In this document: one piece after another, positions 9,760-18,163 of the stretch
Layout: every line of letters begins with the position of its first letter
Position numbering within the stretch: the stretch's first letter is position 1
NCBI GenBank assembly: GCA_903879985.1
Contig: CAIRNR010000006.1
Location: 32,505 to 96,504 of the forward strand
Source: an uncultured candidate division WWE3 bacterium
Lineage (GTDB): Bacteria; Patescibacteriota; WWE3; UBA101185; UBA10185
Reading direction: 5' to 3'
Length of the DNA: 64,000 nt
Translations under genes and position numbers: made by a program
Notes under the pieces: model-generated
What the model was told of the DNA's origin: nothing
What the model saw: the letters and a program-made list of their open reading frames with translations, nothing else
Databases searched by the model: none

Positions 9760-10899
9760 ATGTTAGAAAACAATATTATCAACTCATTTAATGAATTTTT
9801 AACTTACTACGACGCATCCTCAAAGGATGAGCTTTGGAAAAATCAAAGCATAATTTTCCATAATTACTGGACAAGCAAAATCTTAAACAACAGTGATGAA
9901 TTAAACGACTTCGAAACTGATGAAATTGTTAAAATATTAGACAGAAACGGAAAAGGTAATACACACTCTAGTGATGCCATAGCCAAGGCTATGATACCTC
10001 AAGGCGCCTGGAGAAGGATGTTTAATGAAATTAAAAGCGAAGCTAGACTAAAGGAATTATTGAACAATATCTTCTCTGAAAACGATAACTCCAAGAAAAT
10101 TGAATATGTAAATCAATTATATAAATACAACGAAAAAAATAGAAATAGCCTAACAGGTAATAGCGGTACAGCAATAAATTGTATGGTTGCAGCTTGGGAC
10201 CCATTTAAAAACATAAGTGCTGTTTCTCTCAAGCATAGAAAGAAAATTTTTGAATTTCTGCAACTATCGGGGCTTGATTTTGATGAAGATACTCAAGGAA
10301 AAAAGATTGTAGTATCCAACGAACTAATATTAGGTTTTTTTGAAAACAAGGGCATAACAGCATCGGCAAGAACAATTTCTGCCTTCCTCTACAGTGACCC
10401 CATTAAAAAATTATGGGAAATAGACACAGGTGACGAAATTGTTCCTTATACAGAAGAAATACCCATATCCGAAACTGAGGGAACGACAAATCCTTCAATA
10501 TTTTATATGGAAAGCCAACTTGAGGATTTCATTATAGAAAACTGGGACAATACAGAATTAGGTAAAAGTTACGATTTGATTGAAGAAGAGGGTGAAATTG
10601 TAAGCCAACAATATCGCACACCAATAGGCATAATTGATATATTAGTTAAAGAAAAGAAAACAGACCGCTATGTCGTGATTGAACTAAAGAGGGATCAAAC
10701 TAGCGACTCTACTGTAGGTCAGTTAGCACGATACATGGGTTGGATTGAAGAAAATAAAGGCAAAGGCTTGCCACCCAAAGGTATCATCATCACTGCCAAA
10801 TATGACGAGAAATTGTTTTATGCACTTAAAAAAATCAAGGACACCGAAATTTATTTATACGAGGTTAAGTTTAAATTAAACGAATTCAAAAAATCCTAA
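9760..10899 (+). CDS. Two-domain protein: unknown N-terminal domain plus a C-terminal NucS/DUF91-like PD-(D/E)XK nuclease domain (paralog of the previous gene's C-terminus)
   Basis: MESQLEDFIIENWDNTELGKSYDLIEEEGEIVSQQYRTPIGIIDILVKEKKTDRYVVIELKRDQTSDSTVGQLARYMGWI aligns motif-for-motif with the C-terminus of 8760..9686. Confidence 0.5.
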   Translation: MLENNIINSFNEFLTYYDASSKDELWKNQSIIFHNYWTSKILNNSDELNDFETDEIVKILDRNGKGNTHSSDAIAKAMIPQGAWRRMFNEIKSEARLKELLNNIFSENDNSKKIEYVNQLYKYNEKNRNSLTGNSGTAINCMVAAWDPFKNISAVSLKHRKKIFEFLQLSGLDFDEDTQGKKIVVSNELILGFFENKGITASARTISAFLYSDPIKKLWEIDTGDEIVPYTEEIPISETEGTTNPSIFYMESQLEDFIIENWDNTELGKSYDLIEEEGEIVSQQYRTPIGIIDILVKEKKTDRYVVIELKRDQTSDSTVGQLARYMGWIEENKGKGLPPKGIIITAKYDEKLFYALKKIKDTEIYLYEVKFKLNEFKKS

Positions 10900-11024
10900 G
10901 AAACTTTAAAATTTAGTTACAACCATTTATAGATCCGTAAAACAGCATAATCAATGTAATTTTCTTATTCCAATGCTACCATTACTAGTATCGCTAATTG
11001 TTTTGTACACAATAGGATCACTTT

Positions 11025-12140
11025 ATGGCCATAGTGTATAACCAAATAGGTTCATTAACTGAGTTATTAAACAGATGTAGAGAAAAAGGGATTACATTCG
11101 ACTCCATGGAGCAGGTAGAGGAATTTTTAAACAGCTACCATGAAAATATAAAAGTCGCCGCCGAAAAAGCAGAAGAAAACTTCAATAAAACCATAGGAGA
11201 GGCTAACAACACACTGAATATCGCCGTGGAAAATTATGAGGTAGAAAAGAAAGCTATAGTTGCTTTAATTGATAACAAATTAGCAGCTTTGTCTGTTGCA
11301 ATAGCTACGTCACAAAGTACCACCACAAATCCTATTAGCAAAATATTGAATAATCTACGTGTTAATAAATATACACAGGCGCGAGTCAAACTAGAAAACA
11401 ATTATGATGCTGAAATCGAAAAACATCTTAAAATATTCACTGAAGAAATCAACAATGCAAGATCAGACCTTAACTATAAACTTATTAATCACGATATCTT
11501 GACCACTAAATATAAAGACGACTACATAAACAAGCTACAGCATACTTATGAAATTTTAATGGAAAATGGTGCTTTCCTTTACGGTGCTAAAGGCGAACAC
11601 ATGGCCTTAATAGAGCTTAAAAAACTCCCTGACACATATACTGTTATTAACAATGCCTGCTTCAACTTTCGACCGGGAATTCATGATAAAGGAAACAATG
11701 ATTGGATATATTCCGCACAAATTGATCACGTTGTAGTAGGACCAACAGGTATTTTTCTTATAGAAACTAAGAATTGGCGCCAAGAATCTACAACCAATAA
11801 AGATTTCTTTTCTCCGGTTAAACAAATTAATCGCTCGGGACTTGCTATATACGTGCGTCTAAATAATGCAATTAAAGATGGATATTTAATAAGCTTCAAC
11901 ATTCAGTGGGGGACACAAAAGATAACCATGAAAAAGTTGGTATTATTAACAGGTTACAGTCAAAGCGACGAATACGATTTTGTTAAATTAGTAACATTAA
12001 GGGATTTAAGATCGTATATTACTTACGGTAAACTCGTTTATAACGAGACACAAATTAAGGATATTGTGAGGTTCTTTCGTGAAGAGGGCTACGGGAATAA
12101 TACTTCAAGGTCAATCGGAATGGGCGATTTTAGGAGGTGA
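11025..12140 (+). CDS. NERD (nuclease-related domain) protein with an N-terminal coiled-coil
   Basis: GAKGEHMALIELKKLPDTYTVINNACF...QIDHVVVGPTGIFLIETKNW matches the NERD signature G.KGE...L..L......V.N.......IDHVVV...GIF.IE.K. Confidence 0.55.
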   Translation: MAIVYNQIGSLTELLNRCREKGITFDSMEQVEEFLNSYHENIKVAAEKAEENFNKTIGEANNTLNIAVENYEVEKKAIVALIDNKLAALSVAIATSQSTTTNPISKILNNLRVNKYTQARVKLENNYDAEIEKHLKIFTEEINNARSDLNYKLINHDILTTKYKDDYINKLQHTYEILMENGAFLYGAKGEHMALIELKKLPDTYTVINNACFNFRPGIHDKGNNDWIYSAQIDHVVVGPTGIFLIETKNWRQESTTNKDFFSPVKQINRSGLAIYVRLNNAIKDGYLISFNIQWGTQKITMKKLVLLTGYSQSDEYDFVKLVTLRDLRSYITYGKLVYNETQIKDIVRFFREEGYGNNTSRSIGMGDFRR

Positions 12141-12234
12141 TAAAGTAGAATAAATACAGCCCTGCTCCCTAAACTTTATAACGATTATTGAAAAAATTGC
12201 GGAATACACTGAAACAAGAAATTCACTTGCAGAA

Positions 12235-12546
12235 TTGTTACTTAAAGGAATTTTTGTTGGTGTAGTTGAAGATATATGCAGAGGAACATTCACTATAGAA
12301 AAGCTAAAAGAAAATCGATACGTATCATCACGTTTCGTTAAAAAGTGGGAAACTATTTCAAGAGAGTATACCTGTAACCCTAAGATTTCAATTCCATACG
12401 AGGTTAAGGAATTAATCAACCAACAGGCTGAAGTTACTACTTTAAACGACAATATTTTTAAGGATTTTTATGTTACTGAAGAACTTCTTGAAAAACGCAC
12501 TAAACACTTGGTAACGATAAGCTACTATCTACATCTTGCTATGTAA
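12235..12546 (+). CDS. Hypothetical small protein (weak)
   Basis: ORF only; an ORF on the opposite strand overlaps it. Confidence 0.15.
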   Translation: MLLKGIFVGVVEDICRGTFTIEKLKENRYVSSRFVKKWETISREYTCNPKISIPYEVKELINQQAEVTTLNDNIFKDFYVTEELLEKRTKHLVTISYYLHLAM

Positions 12547-12588
12547 TACAGACGCATCCCACGTGAAAAACTATAATCTGGTAAAACT

Positions 12589-13206
12589 CTAATTCATTAC
12601 CTCTGCTTCAAAATAAACCTGCTTCTTGCATTTATCGCATAAAACAAGCCAACCCATTCTCCCGGCCAATTTCCACCAAGTCCAATCGGGACTCTTAAAA
12701 TAAATCACATCAAGTGAATCTAATCCTCTATTACAACCAGTACATTTTATGTCTTTGTGTTTTGGATCATTTTTAAAATCGTCTGCAGTTCTATAAACAT
12801 GCTTTGACGATTTTTCGTTTAGACAAGCAGAAACATCAGGCCATGGAAAAAATACGGTGTGATCGTAATCCTTATATTTAATGGCTTCCTTTTCATAGAA
12901 TTCTTTTATCTGTTTTTCGTCATGGGCTTTTGCTAACTGGCGCTGGTTTTTTTCCTCTTCCCAGGATTTTATAAAACTGGTTACACCTTCTGCGGTTACC
13001 AATACTTCCCTTGGTTTATTTCCACGAGACGGTCCAACAAACCCAGCTTCTTCCATTTCATCGATAATCCTGGCAGCTCGTGCGGATCCTATCGAGAGTT
13101 TTCTTACTAAAAGGTTTGGAGAAGCTTTTGCTGCGGAAACAACTATATTTAAGGCTAAATCGAATAACTCATCATAAGCATCAAACATGGAGTAATTATA
13201 GTACAA
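12589..13206 (-). CDS. FtsK-gamma-like winged-helix domain protein with a C-terminal Zn-ribbon (CxxC...CxxC)
   Basis: DELFDLALNIVVSAAKASPNLLVRKLSIGSARAARIIDEMEEAGFVGPSRGNKPREVLVT closely resembles the FtsK gamma (KOPS-binding) domain. The C-terminus has CTGCN...CDKCKK. Confidence 0.5.
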   Translation of the reverse strand: MYYNYSMFDAYDELFDLALNIVVSAAKASPNLLVRKLSIGSARAARIIDEMEEAGFVGPSRGNKPREVLVTAEGVTSFIKSWEEEKNQRQLAKAHDEKQIKEFYEKEAIKYKDYDHTVFFPWPDVSACLNEKSSKHVYRTADDFKNDPKHKDIKCTGCNRGLDSLDVIYFKSPDWTWWKLAGRMGWLVLCDKCKKQVYFEAEVMN

Positions 13207-13227
13207 ATAGTTAGTTTATAAGGAATC

Positions 13228-13779
13228 TTAATTAGCCGACGTAGCCTTTTTAGCATTATACTCAACAGCAAACTGACTAAACTTCTCTCTGATACTTTTC
13301 ATATCGTATATTCCTAAATCCCATGAATCAAGCCCTCTTGCGTAGACTACATAGTTTGGATATTTCGTATTAAATTTTAGGTTACCATTCATTGGGTCTA
13401 CACCCCACCATTCATCTTTTATAAAACATTCAGCAAAAACATGTCCTCCGACTCTATCAGGATTGTCTGAAAAATAAGATTTAGAGATTACTTCAACATA
13501 CTTTGTGGGTATACCTTTGGCCCGTGCAATAGCTACAAACACAAGAGCAAAATCGGTGCAGCCAGTTGCAAAACCATCGTTTATTATTTGATCTGCGGTT
13601 CTTGTTCTAAAGATATCGTTTTTTTCAATACCATCTGGAGCAGGGTATTTAATATTTTTATTAACCCAGCGTAAAGCTTTAACAACAAATTCGAAATCAG
13701 TAACTTCAATAGAGTTAACTATTTCTGTAATTTTTGGTGTTATTTCAGTTTGTTTTCCTGCCTTTAAAAAGTTTTCCAT
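13228..13779 (-). CDS. Transglutaminase-like superfamily cysteine peptidase-like protein
   Basis: GCTDFALVFVAIARAKGIPTKYV...GGHVFAECF...WWGVDP gives a Cys-His-Asp arrangement. The N-terminal MENFLKAGKQTE is shared with the next gene. Confidence 0.5.
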   Translation of the reverse strand: MENFLKAGKQTEITPKITEIVNSIEVTDFEFVVKALRWVNKNIKYPAPDGIEKNDIFRTRTADQIINDGFATGCTDFALVFVAIARAKGIPTKYVEVISKSYFSDNPDRVGGHVFAECFIKDEWWGVDPMNGNLKFNTKYPNYVVYARGLDSWDLGIYDMKSIREKFSQFAVEYNAKKATSAN

Positions 13780-13794
13780 AGCAGCAGTTTAGCC
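13743..13794 (-). repeat. 52-bp repeat copy A: 15 nt of 5'-UTR plus the first 37 nt of the CDS
   Basis: tttcAgtttgttttcctgcctttaaaaagtTttccatagcagcagtttagcc is near-identical (2 mismatches) to 14316..14367. Confidence 0.8.
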
Positions 13795-13841
13795 TATACT
13801 AAATAGTTCGAATATCCCAACAGGAATCTTACCAAGAAAAC

Positions 13842-14351
13842 CTAATTCTCTTTGAAACACTTAGCCATCTCGACCATTTCAATCTTTTCGTTATCCAAAG
13901 GAAACTCAATACTCTTAACTTTTTTAAAACCAAGGGACTCGTAAAAGGGAACAGCGTTTAAGGTTGCAAATAAAGAAATCTTTTCTTTGCGGTTATTTAT
14001 AAAGTCTCTCTCAATAAAAGAGTATAGAAACTTTCCATAACCTTTACCTTGAAAACTTGGATCTATTTGGATTTGATAAAGCTCTTCGCCGTCAAGGTCA
14101 TATTGGCAAAATCCAACAGTGCTGTTTGCTTCCTTTAGGACAAGCCACTTAGTGTTGCTAAACTGATCTAACACATTTTTTTCGTTTATTTGGTTTACCC
14201 ATTCTTTGACAACGTTTTCTGAGTAAGTTTTTGAATTAGTTTTTAAGATACAGTCTTTGTGAATGTTAACAATATCAGCAACGTCTTCTTTGGTTGCTTC
14301 TAAAAGATTGACCATTTCGGTTTGTTTTCCTGCCTTTAAAAAGTCTTCCAT
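13842..14351 (-). CDS. GNAT family N-acetyltransferase
   Basis: QIDPSFQGKGYGKFLY...LNAVPFYESLGFK acetyl-CoA binding motifs. The N-terminus MEDFLKAGKQTEM is shared with the previous gene. Confidence 0.6.
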   Translation of the reverse strand: MEDFLKAGKQTEMVNLLEATKEDVADIVNIHKDCILKTNSKTYSENVVKEWVNQINEKNVLDQFSNTKWLVLKEANSTVGFCQYDLDGEELYQIQIDPSFQGKGYGKFLYSFIERDFINNRKEKISLFATLNAVPFYESLGFKKVKSIEFPLDNEKIEMVEMAKCFKEN

Positions 14352-14367
14352 AGCAGCAGTTTAGCCC
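14316..14367 (-). repeat. 52-bp repeat copy B: 15 nt of 5'-UTR plus the first 37 nt of the CDS
   Basis: See copy A. Confidence 0.8.
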
Positions 14368-14485
14368 AAAGTCGCGGGTGTGTAAAAACCAAGACATGCA
14401 AACCGCACTGCTGGTTTGGAATACTAGCCAATACATGCTATAACTACGCCAACAAATCGAAACAATAGAGAGGAGAAAAAATACT

Positions 14486-15820
14486 ATGGACACGCTGAAG
14501 CCCAAAGATTGGCTTTTTCTTATTCCATTTCCAAACCAACCGTTTTTCTTGCTATACGCTCCCTTGCATGGCCTGGTAACAAAGTTATCTCCAGCAGGAG
14601 CTGAACAGCTGCAAAATTTGCTAGATACTGTTTCGGCTGGTGGTAGTAAAGCGGAATTTAACCCAGTTATGGTCAAGTTTCTTACAGATAATAATTTACT
14701 GTCGCTTCCGGCACACTGGGCTATACCCAATAAAGTATTGCCGGGTGAACAAGGAATTACGGTATCTTTGACCAATGACTGTAATCTTCGCTGTATTTAC
14801 TGCTACGCGGGGGCCGGTTGCGATACGATGACAATTCCCTATGACGTAGCAAAGAACGCAATAATTTATGGTTTGCGTTTAGCAAAGGCACGTGGAAGAG
14901 CCCATTTTAGGCTAACATTCCACGGGGGCGGTGAATCACTAAAGCGCAAAGATCTGCTCAAAAAATGTATCATTTTTGCACTGAAAGAAGCTAAGGCGCT
15001 TGGGCTAACGTTGCATGTGAGCATTGTAACTAATGCAACGCTTATTTCTGAAAGTTTTGCACGGTGGTTAAAAGCACACAGCGTTGATAACATCACCGTT
15101 TCACTAGATGGTGTAGCACCGGTACAGGATTTACAACGCCCTCTGGTAAACGGTAAAGGATCGTTTAAAGCCGCCATGTTGGGAATATCTAACCTCAAAA
15201 AAGTTGGCTTAGATTTCTCTATTCGTGCGACTGTTACCAGAAAGAGTGTGGAGGAAATGCCGAATTTTGTAAGATTCCTTGCACACGAAGTTCTTAATGG
15301 TGTAAACGGACTCGTACATTTCGAGCCTTTATCACTTTGTGGAAAGGCACGTGGAGCTACCCATTTAGACGTTGATCCGCAGCTCTTTGTAAAATATTAC
15401 ACTGAAGCGCGCAAGGTCGGGTTAGAGCTGGGTATTCGCATTGTCTGCACGTTAGATACTTTCCGCAAGGATAAATTGCAATTCTGTGGAGCAAGTACAG
15501 GTACCATGTTTTGTGTATGTCCGGATGGTTCCATTTCAGGGTGCTCGCGCGTTACAAAAAAGCAAGATCCCGGCGCGGAGTTGTTTTTCTATGGCAAATT
15601 CAAACCCGCCATAAAGCAACCTGAAATAGACCAAGATGCACAAGCACTTATAGCAAAACATGGTCAATTACCTGAAAAGCTATGTTCAACATGCTTCGCA
15701 AGGTGGAATTGCCAAGGATTCTGTCCGATTTCAAGATTCCTGGGCGAAGATACCTTTCAAGAGTCTTGTATAATTGTGAAGCAGATGCTTCTACAAGACA
15801 TGTTGTTAGAATTCTTATAG
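14486..15820 (+). CDS. Radical SAM / SPASM-domain peptide maturase
   Basis: CNLRCIYCYA (CxxxCxxC), GGGE-like HGGGESL, and a C-terminal Cys cluster CSTCFARWNCQGFCP (SPASM/twitch). Confidence 0.8.
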   Translation: MDTLKPKDWLFLIPFPNQPFFLLYAPLHGLVTKLSPAGAEQLQNLLDTVSAGGSKAEFNPVMVKFLTDNNLLSLPAHWAIPNKVLPGEQGITVSLTNDCNLRCIYCYAGAGCDTMTIPYDVAKNAIIYGLRLAKARGRAHFRLTFHGGGESLKRKDLLKKCIIFALKEAKALGLTLHVSIVTNATLISESFARWLKAHSVDNITVSLDGVAPVQDLQRPLVNGKGSFKAAMLGISNLKKVGLDFSIRATVTRKSVEEMPNFVRFLAHEVLNGVNGLVHFEPLSLCGKARGATHLDVDPQLFVKYYTEARKVGLELGIRIVCTLDTFRKDKLQFCGASTGTMFCVCPDGSISGCSRVTKKQDPGAELFFYGKFKPAIKQPEIDQDAQALIAKHGQLPEKLCSTCFARWNCQGFCPISRFLGEDTFQESCIIVKQMLLQDMLLEFL

Positions 15821-15836
15821 AAAGGAGAAAATAACA

Positions 15837-16016
15837 ATGGGTACCGATTTCACGCAAGTTGTTCGATGGCAACCTCGGTTAGCTGTAAACGCAAACTGCT
15901 CAGCTGAGACATGTCCCTCTGATGGAAAATGCTCTTCAGATGACAGTTCCGGTCATTCTTGCAGCGGCAACACTAACGACCCGTGTCCGCACGACAGTTC
16001 CTGTCCAAAAGACTAA
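15837..16016 (+). CDS. 59-aa Cys-rich putative RiPP precursor peptide (not in the ORF track)
   Basis: An AAAGGAGAAAA RBS lies 6 nt before the ATG, immediately after the rSAM stop. It translates to MGTDFTQVVRWQPRLAVNANCSAETCPSDGKCSSDDSSGHSCSGNTNDPCPHDSSCPKD, with six Cys in C-x-x-(D/E/N) repeats. Confidence 0.55.
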   Translation: MGTDFTQVVRWQPRLAVNANCSAETCPSDGKCSSDDSSGHSCSGNTNDPCPHDSSCPKD

Positions 16017-16033
16017 CGACACCTGTCACAAAC

Positions 16034-16082
16034 AAAGGGACTACTTCTTATATACTTAGAAGTAGTCCCTTTACCTTTTTTT
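16034..16082. terminator. Rho-independent terminator between convergent genes
   Basis: Perfect 15-bp stem AAAGGGACTACTTCT / AGAAGTAGTCCCTTT with an 8-nt loop, followed by ACCTTTTTTT. Confidence 0.65.
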
Positions 16083-16101
16083 AATGAAAAATTGTGTTAA
16101 C

Positions 16102-16983
16102 TTAATATTTTATTTTATTGAGATAGTCTGTTGTCAATTTTTCGGGCTTATCTTTTTCCAAAACCTCTAAATACTTTGCAGGCAATAGCATATCTAAATC
16201 AGTTCCTACTAATGAATAATTCTGTATGTTTTCTTCTGAATGACTTAAATACACTACAAGTGCACGGATTATGGATTCCTCTACATAAGTACTTGGATCC
16301 GCGTATGATCCCAAAACTTCTTCTGGCATTTTTTTGAGATAATCAACTACATCTTCTGGAATGGTTAAGGTACATTTATCTAAATAGCTGTGAGTTAATT
16401 CGTGCAGTATTTGACTTAAATTTATTCCTTCTTTTTTCCATCCAACCATAATGTAATAACCATCTTTAGTTTTTATACATTTTCCTGATGTATCCCAATT
16501 TCTAGTTAAATAAAAAGTCTTAATATCAGGTTCGAAGTCGAAGTGATTTTTAAAAAGATTTTCTATATCACTAAAACGTTCTTCAAATTCGTTTAGGCGC
16601 TTATCAAAATCCGGTTCGTATTGTTTCCACAGATTTTGTAATTCCGGTAATAAAGATATTCGGTCAACATAATCTAAAACTTCTTTGGCAGGAAGCATAA
16701 ACTTACCGTTATCATCATAGCCAGCGGAGTTAAATATTCCCATAAGATAATGGTAGCTATGCATGGGCATATCCAGTTTTGGAGTTCCTGATTTCTCAAG
16801 TATTGCTACAACCTTATCTTTGAGTTCAGAAACCCAATCTTTGTAGCCAATAGTGCGATTATTAGCATAAAACATAGCACAGTACATGTGGAAATGTTTT
16901 TGTAACTTAACTGTTTTAAGTTCCATACCACCATGATACAACAAATGTGGGGTTTTGAACGATAAGCCCACCTCCGGCACCAA
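16102..16983 (-). CDS. Hypothetical HExxH zinc-metallopeptidase-like protein
   Basis: LHELTHSYLD motif; no other recognisable domain. Confidence 0.4.
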   Translation of the reverse strand: MVPEVGLSFKTPHLLYHGGMELKTVKLQKHFHMYCAMFYANNRTIGYKDWVSELKDKVVAILEKSGTPKLDMPMHSYHYLMGIFNSAGYDDNGKFMLPAKEVLDYVDRISLLPELQNLWKQYEPDFDKRLNEFEERFSDIENLFKNHFDFEPDIKTFYLTRNWDTSGKCIKTKDGYYIMVGWKKEGINLSQILHELTHSYLDKCTLTIPEDVVDYLKKMPEEVLGSYADPSTYVEESIIRALVVYLSHSEENIQNYSLVGTDLDMLLPAKYLEVLEKDKPEKLTTDYLNKIKY

Positions 16984-17000
16984 AATGCTAAACTACACGT

Positions 17001-17681
17001 ATGCTTAATCTAAATATTCAATATTCCTTAGAGAAAGATGCTGAAACTTACGTTAGCTACGTCTACCAATTTGAAGCTTTAGAACATGGCAGAGTAAACC
17101 CAAAAAAAGAATTACTCGAAAGACTTGATCAGGAATTACAAAATATTTTGGCTAACACAAAAGATAAGGAAACGGCATATACAGAGGTACTTTCTTACCT
17201 AACTAAAAAGAACTATGAAAACCCACAGTTGCTCAAAAATAGCATCAAAACCCTTGAAGACCGCTGGAACGCTGTAGGAAGCCAAGTAATTTATTCTTTA
17301 GAATTTTTATATAATAAACCCTTTCCGTTTGAAAACGTCACACTGTATTTAACAACCAATAATATATGTCCATATTCTTATGAAGATAAGTATTTCTTTG
17401 CAAACTACAAATATGCCTCAGAACAAATGGATATCGCAAAACATGAACTAAACCATTTTATGTTCTATTACTATTACGATTCATTAAGAAATAAACTGGA
17501 CTTAGAAAAATATGAGCTTCTTAAAGAAGCATTAACGCTTTTTTCAAGTCCTAACCAAACTGGAAAACCAAACGAACTTCCTTTAAGAAAGTTTTTTGAA
17601 ACAAAGTTATGGGCAAATCTTGATGAGGCTATTGCAGCTGGTTGTGATTTCCTATTAAAGTACTATCCTGAAGTCAAATAA
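17001..17681 (+). CDS. Hypothetical HExxH-motif protein
   Basis: AKHELNHFMF motif. Confidence 0.35.
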   Translation: MLNLNIQYSLEKDAETYVSYVYQFEALEHGRVNPKKELLERLDQELQNILANTKDKETAYTEVLSYLTKKNYENPQLLKNSIKTLEDRWNAVGSQVIYSLEFLYNKPFPFENVTLYLTTNNICPYSYEDKYFFANYKYASEQMDIAKHELNHFMFYYYYDSLRNKLDLEKYELLKEALTLFSSPNQTGKPNELPLRKFFETKLWANLDEAIAAGCDFLLKYYPEVK

Positions 17682-17782
17682 TAGGCAGGTACTGTAAGGA
17701 ATAAGGGAATTAAGCTGTAACAACGCAAAAGTTCCAAACACACAATACGCAAATAAAATACCAGTGTTATCATTAAAACCAG

Positions 17783-18163
17783 ATGCTCATATACAAATAC
17801 ATCGAAAACTACTTTGAAGATAATCCGGGTGCAGAAGCTTTCTGCGAGGAACACGACATAGTATATTTCACACCTACACCTGAGCGAAAAGCATGGCTTG
17901 AAAACTGGCTTAAAACTGCAAAACCTCCGATTATTGAATGTACGCCTGATGTTGTTTGCTATTGGAGATACTTTGGGGTTTGGGGAGAATATCACCCAAA
18001 CAATAATTCCATATCAATATGCCCAATTGAAATAGAAAAGGCCGGGGGTTTGGAGGAGGTTATTAGACACGAACTAGTGCACCTGCAACATCCTGAAGCT
18101 AACGATATGCCTCACGAGGAAAAAGAGGATTATATAAATAACGCAGGTAAAAGCAAAGAATAG
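17783..18163 (+). CDS. Small HExxH protein, SprT/WLM-like
   Basis: IRHELVHLQHPE is HExxH plus a downstream His, as in SprT-like domains. Confidence 0.35.
   Translation: MLIYKYIENYFEDNPGAEAFCEEHDIVYFTPTPERKAWLENWLKTAKPPIIECTPDVVCYWRYFGVWGEYHPNNNSISICPIEIEKAGGLEEVIRHELVHLQHPEANDMPHEEKEDYINNAGKSKE

Noticed and set aside
14275-14775. Minus-strand ORF spanning the GNAT 5' end and the rSAM 5' end
   Set aside because: It crosses the divergent promoter region and overlaps two motif-supported genes.
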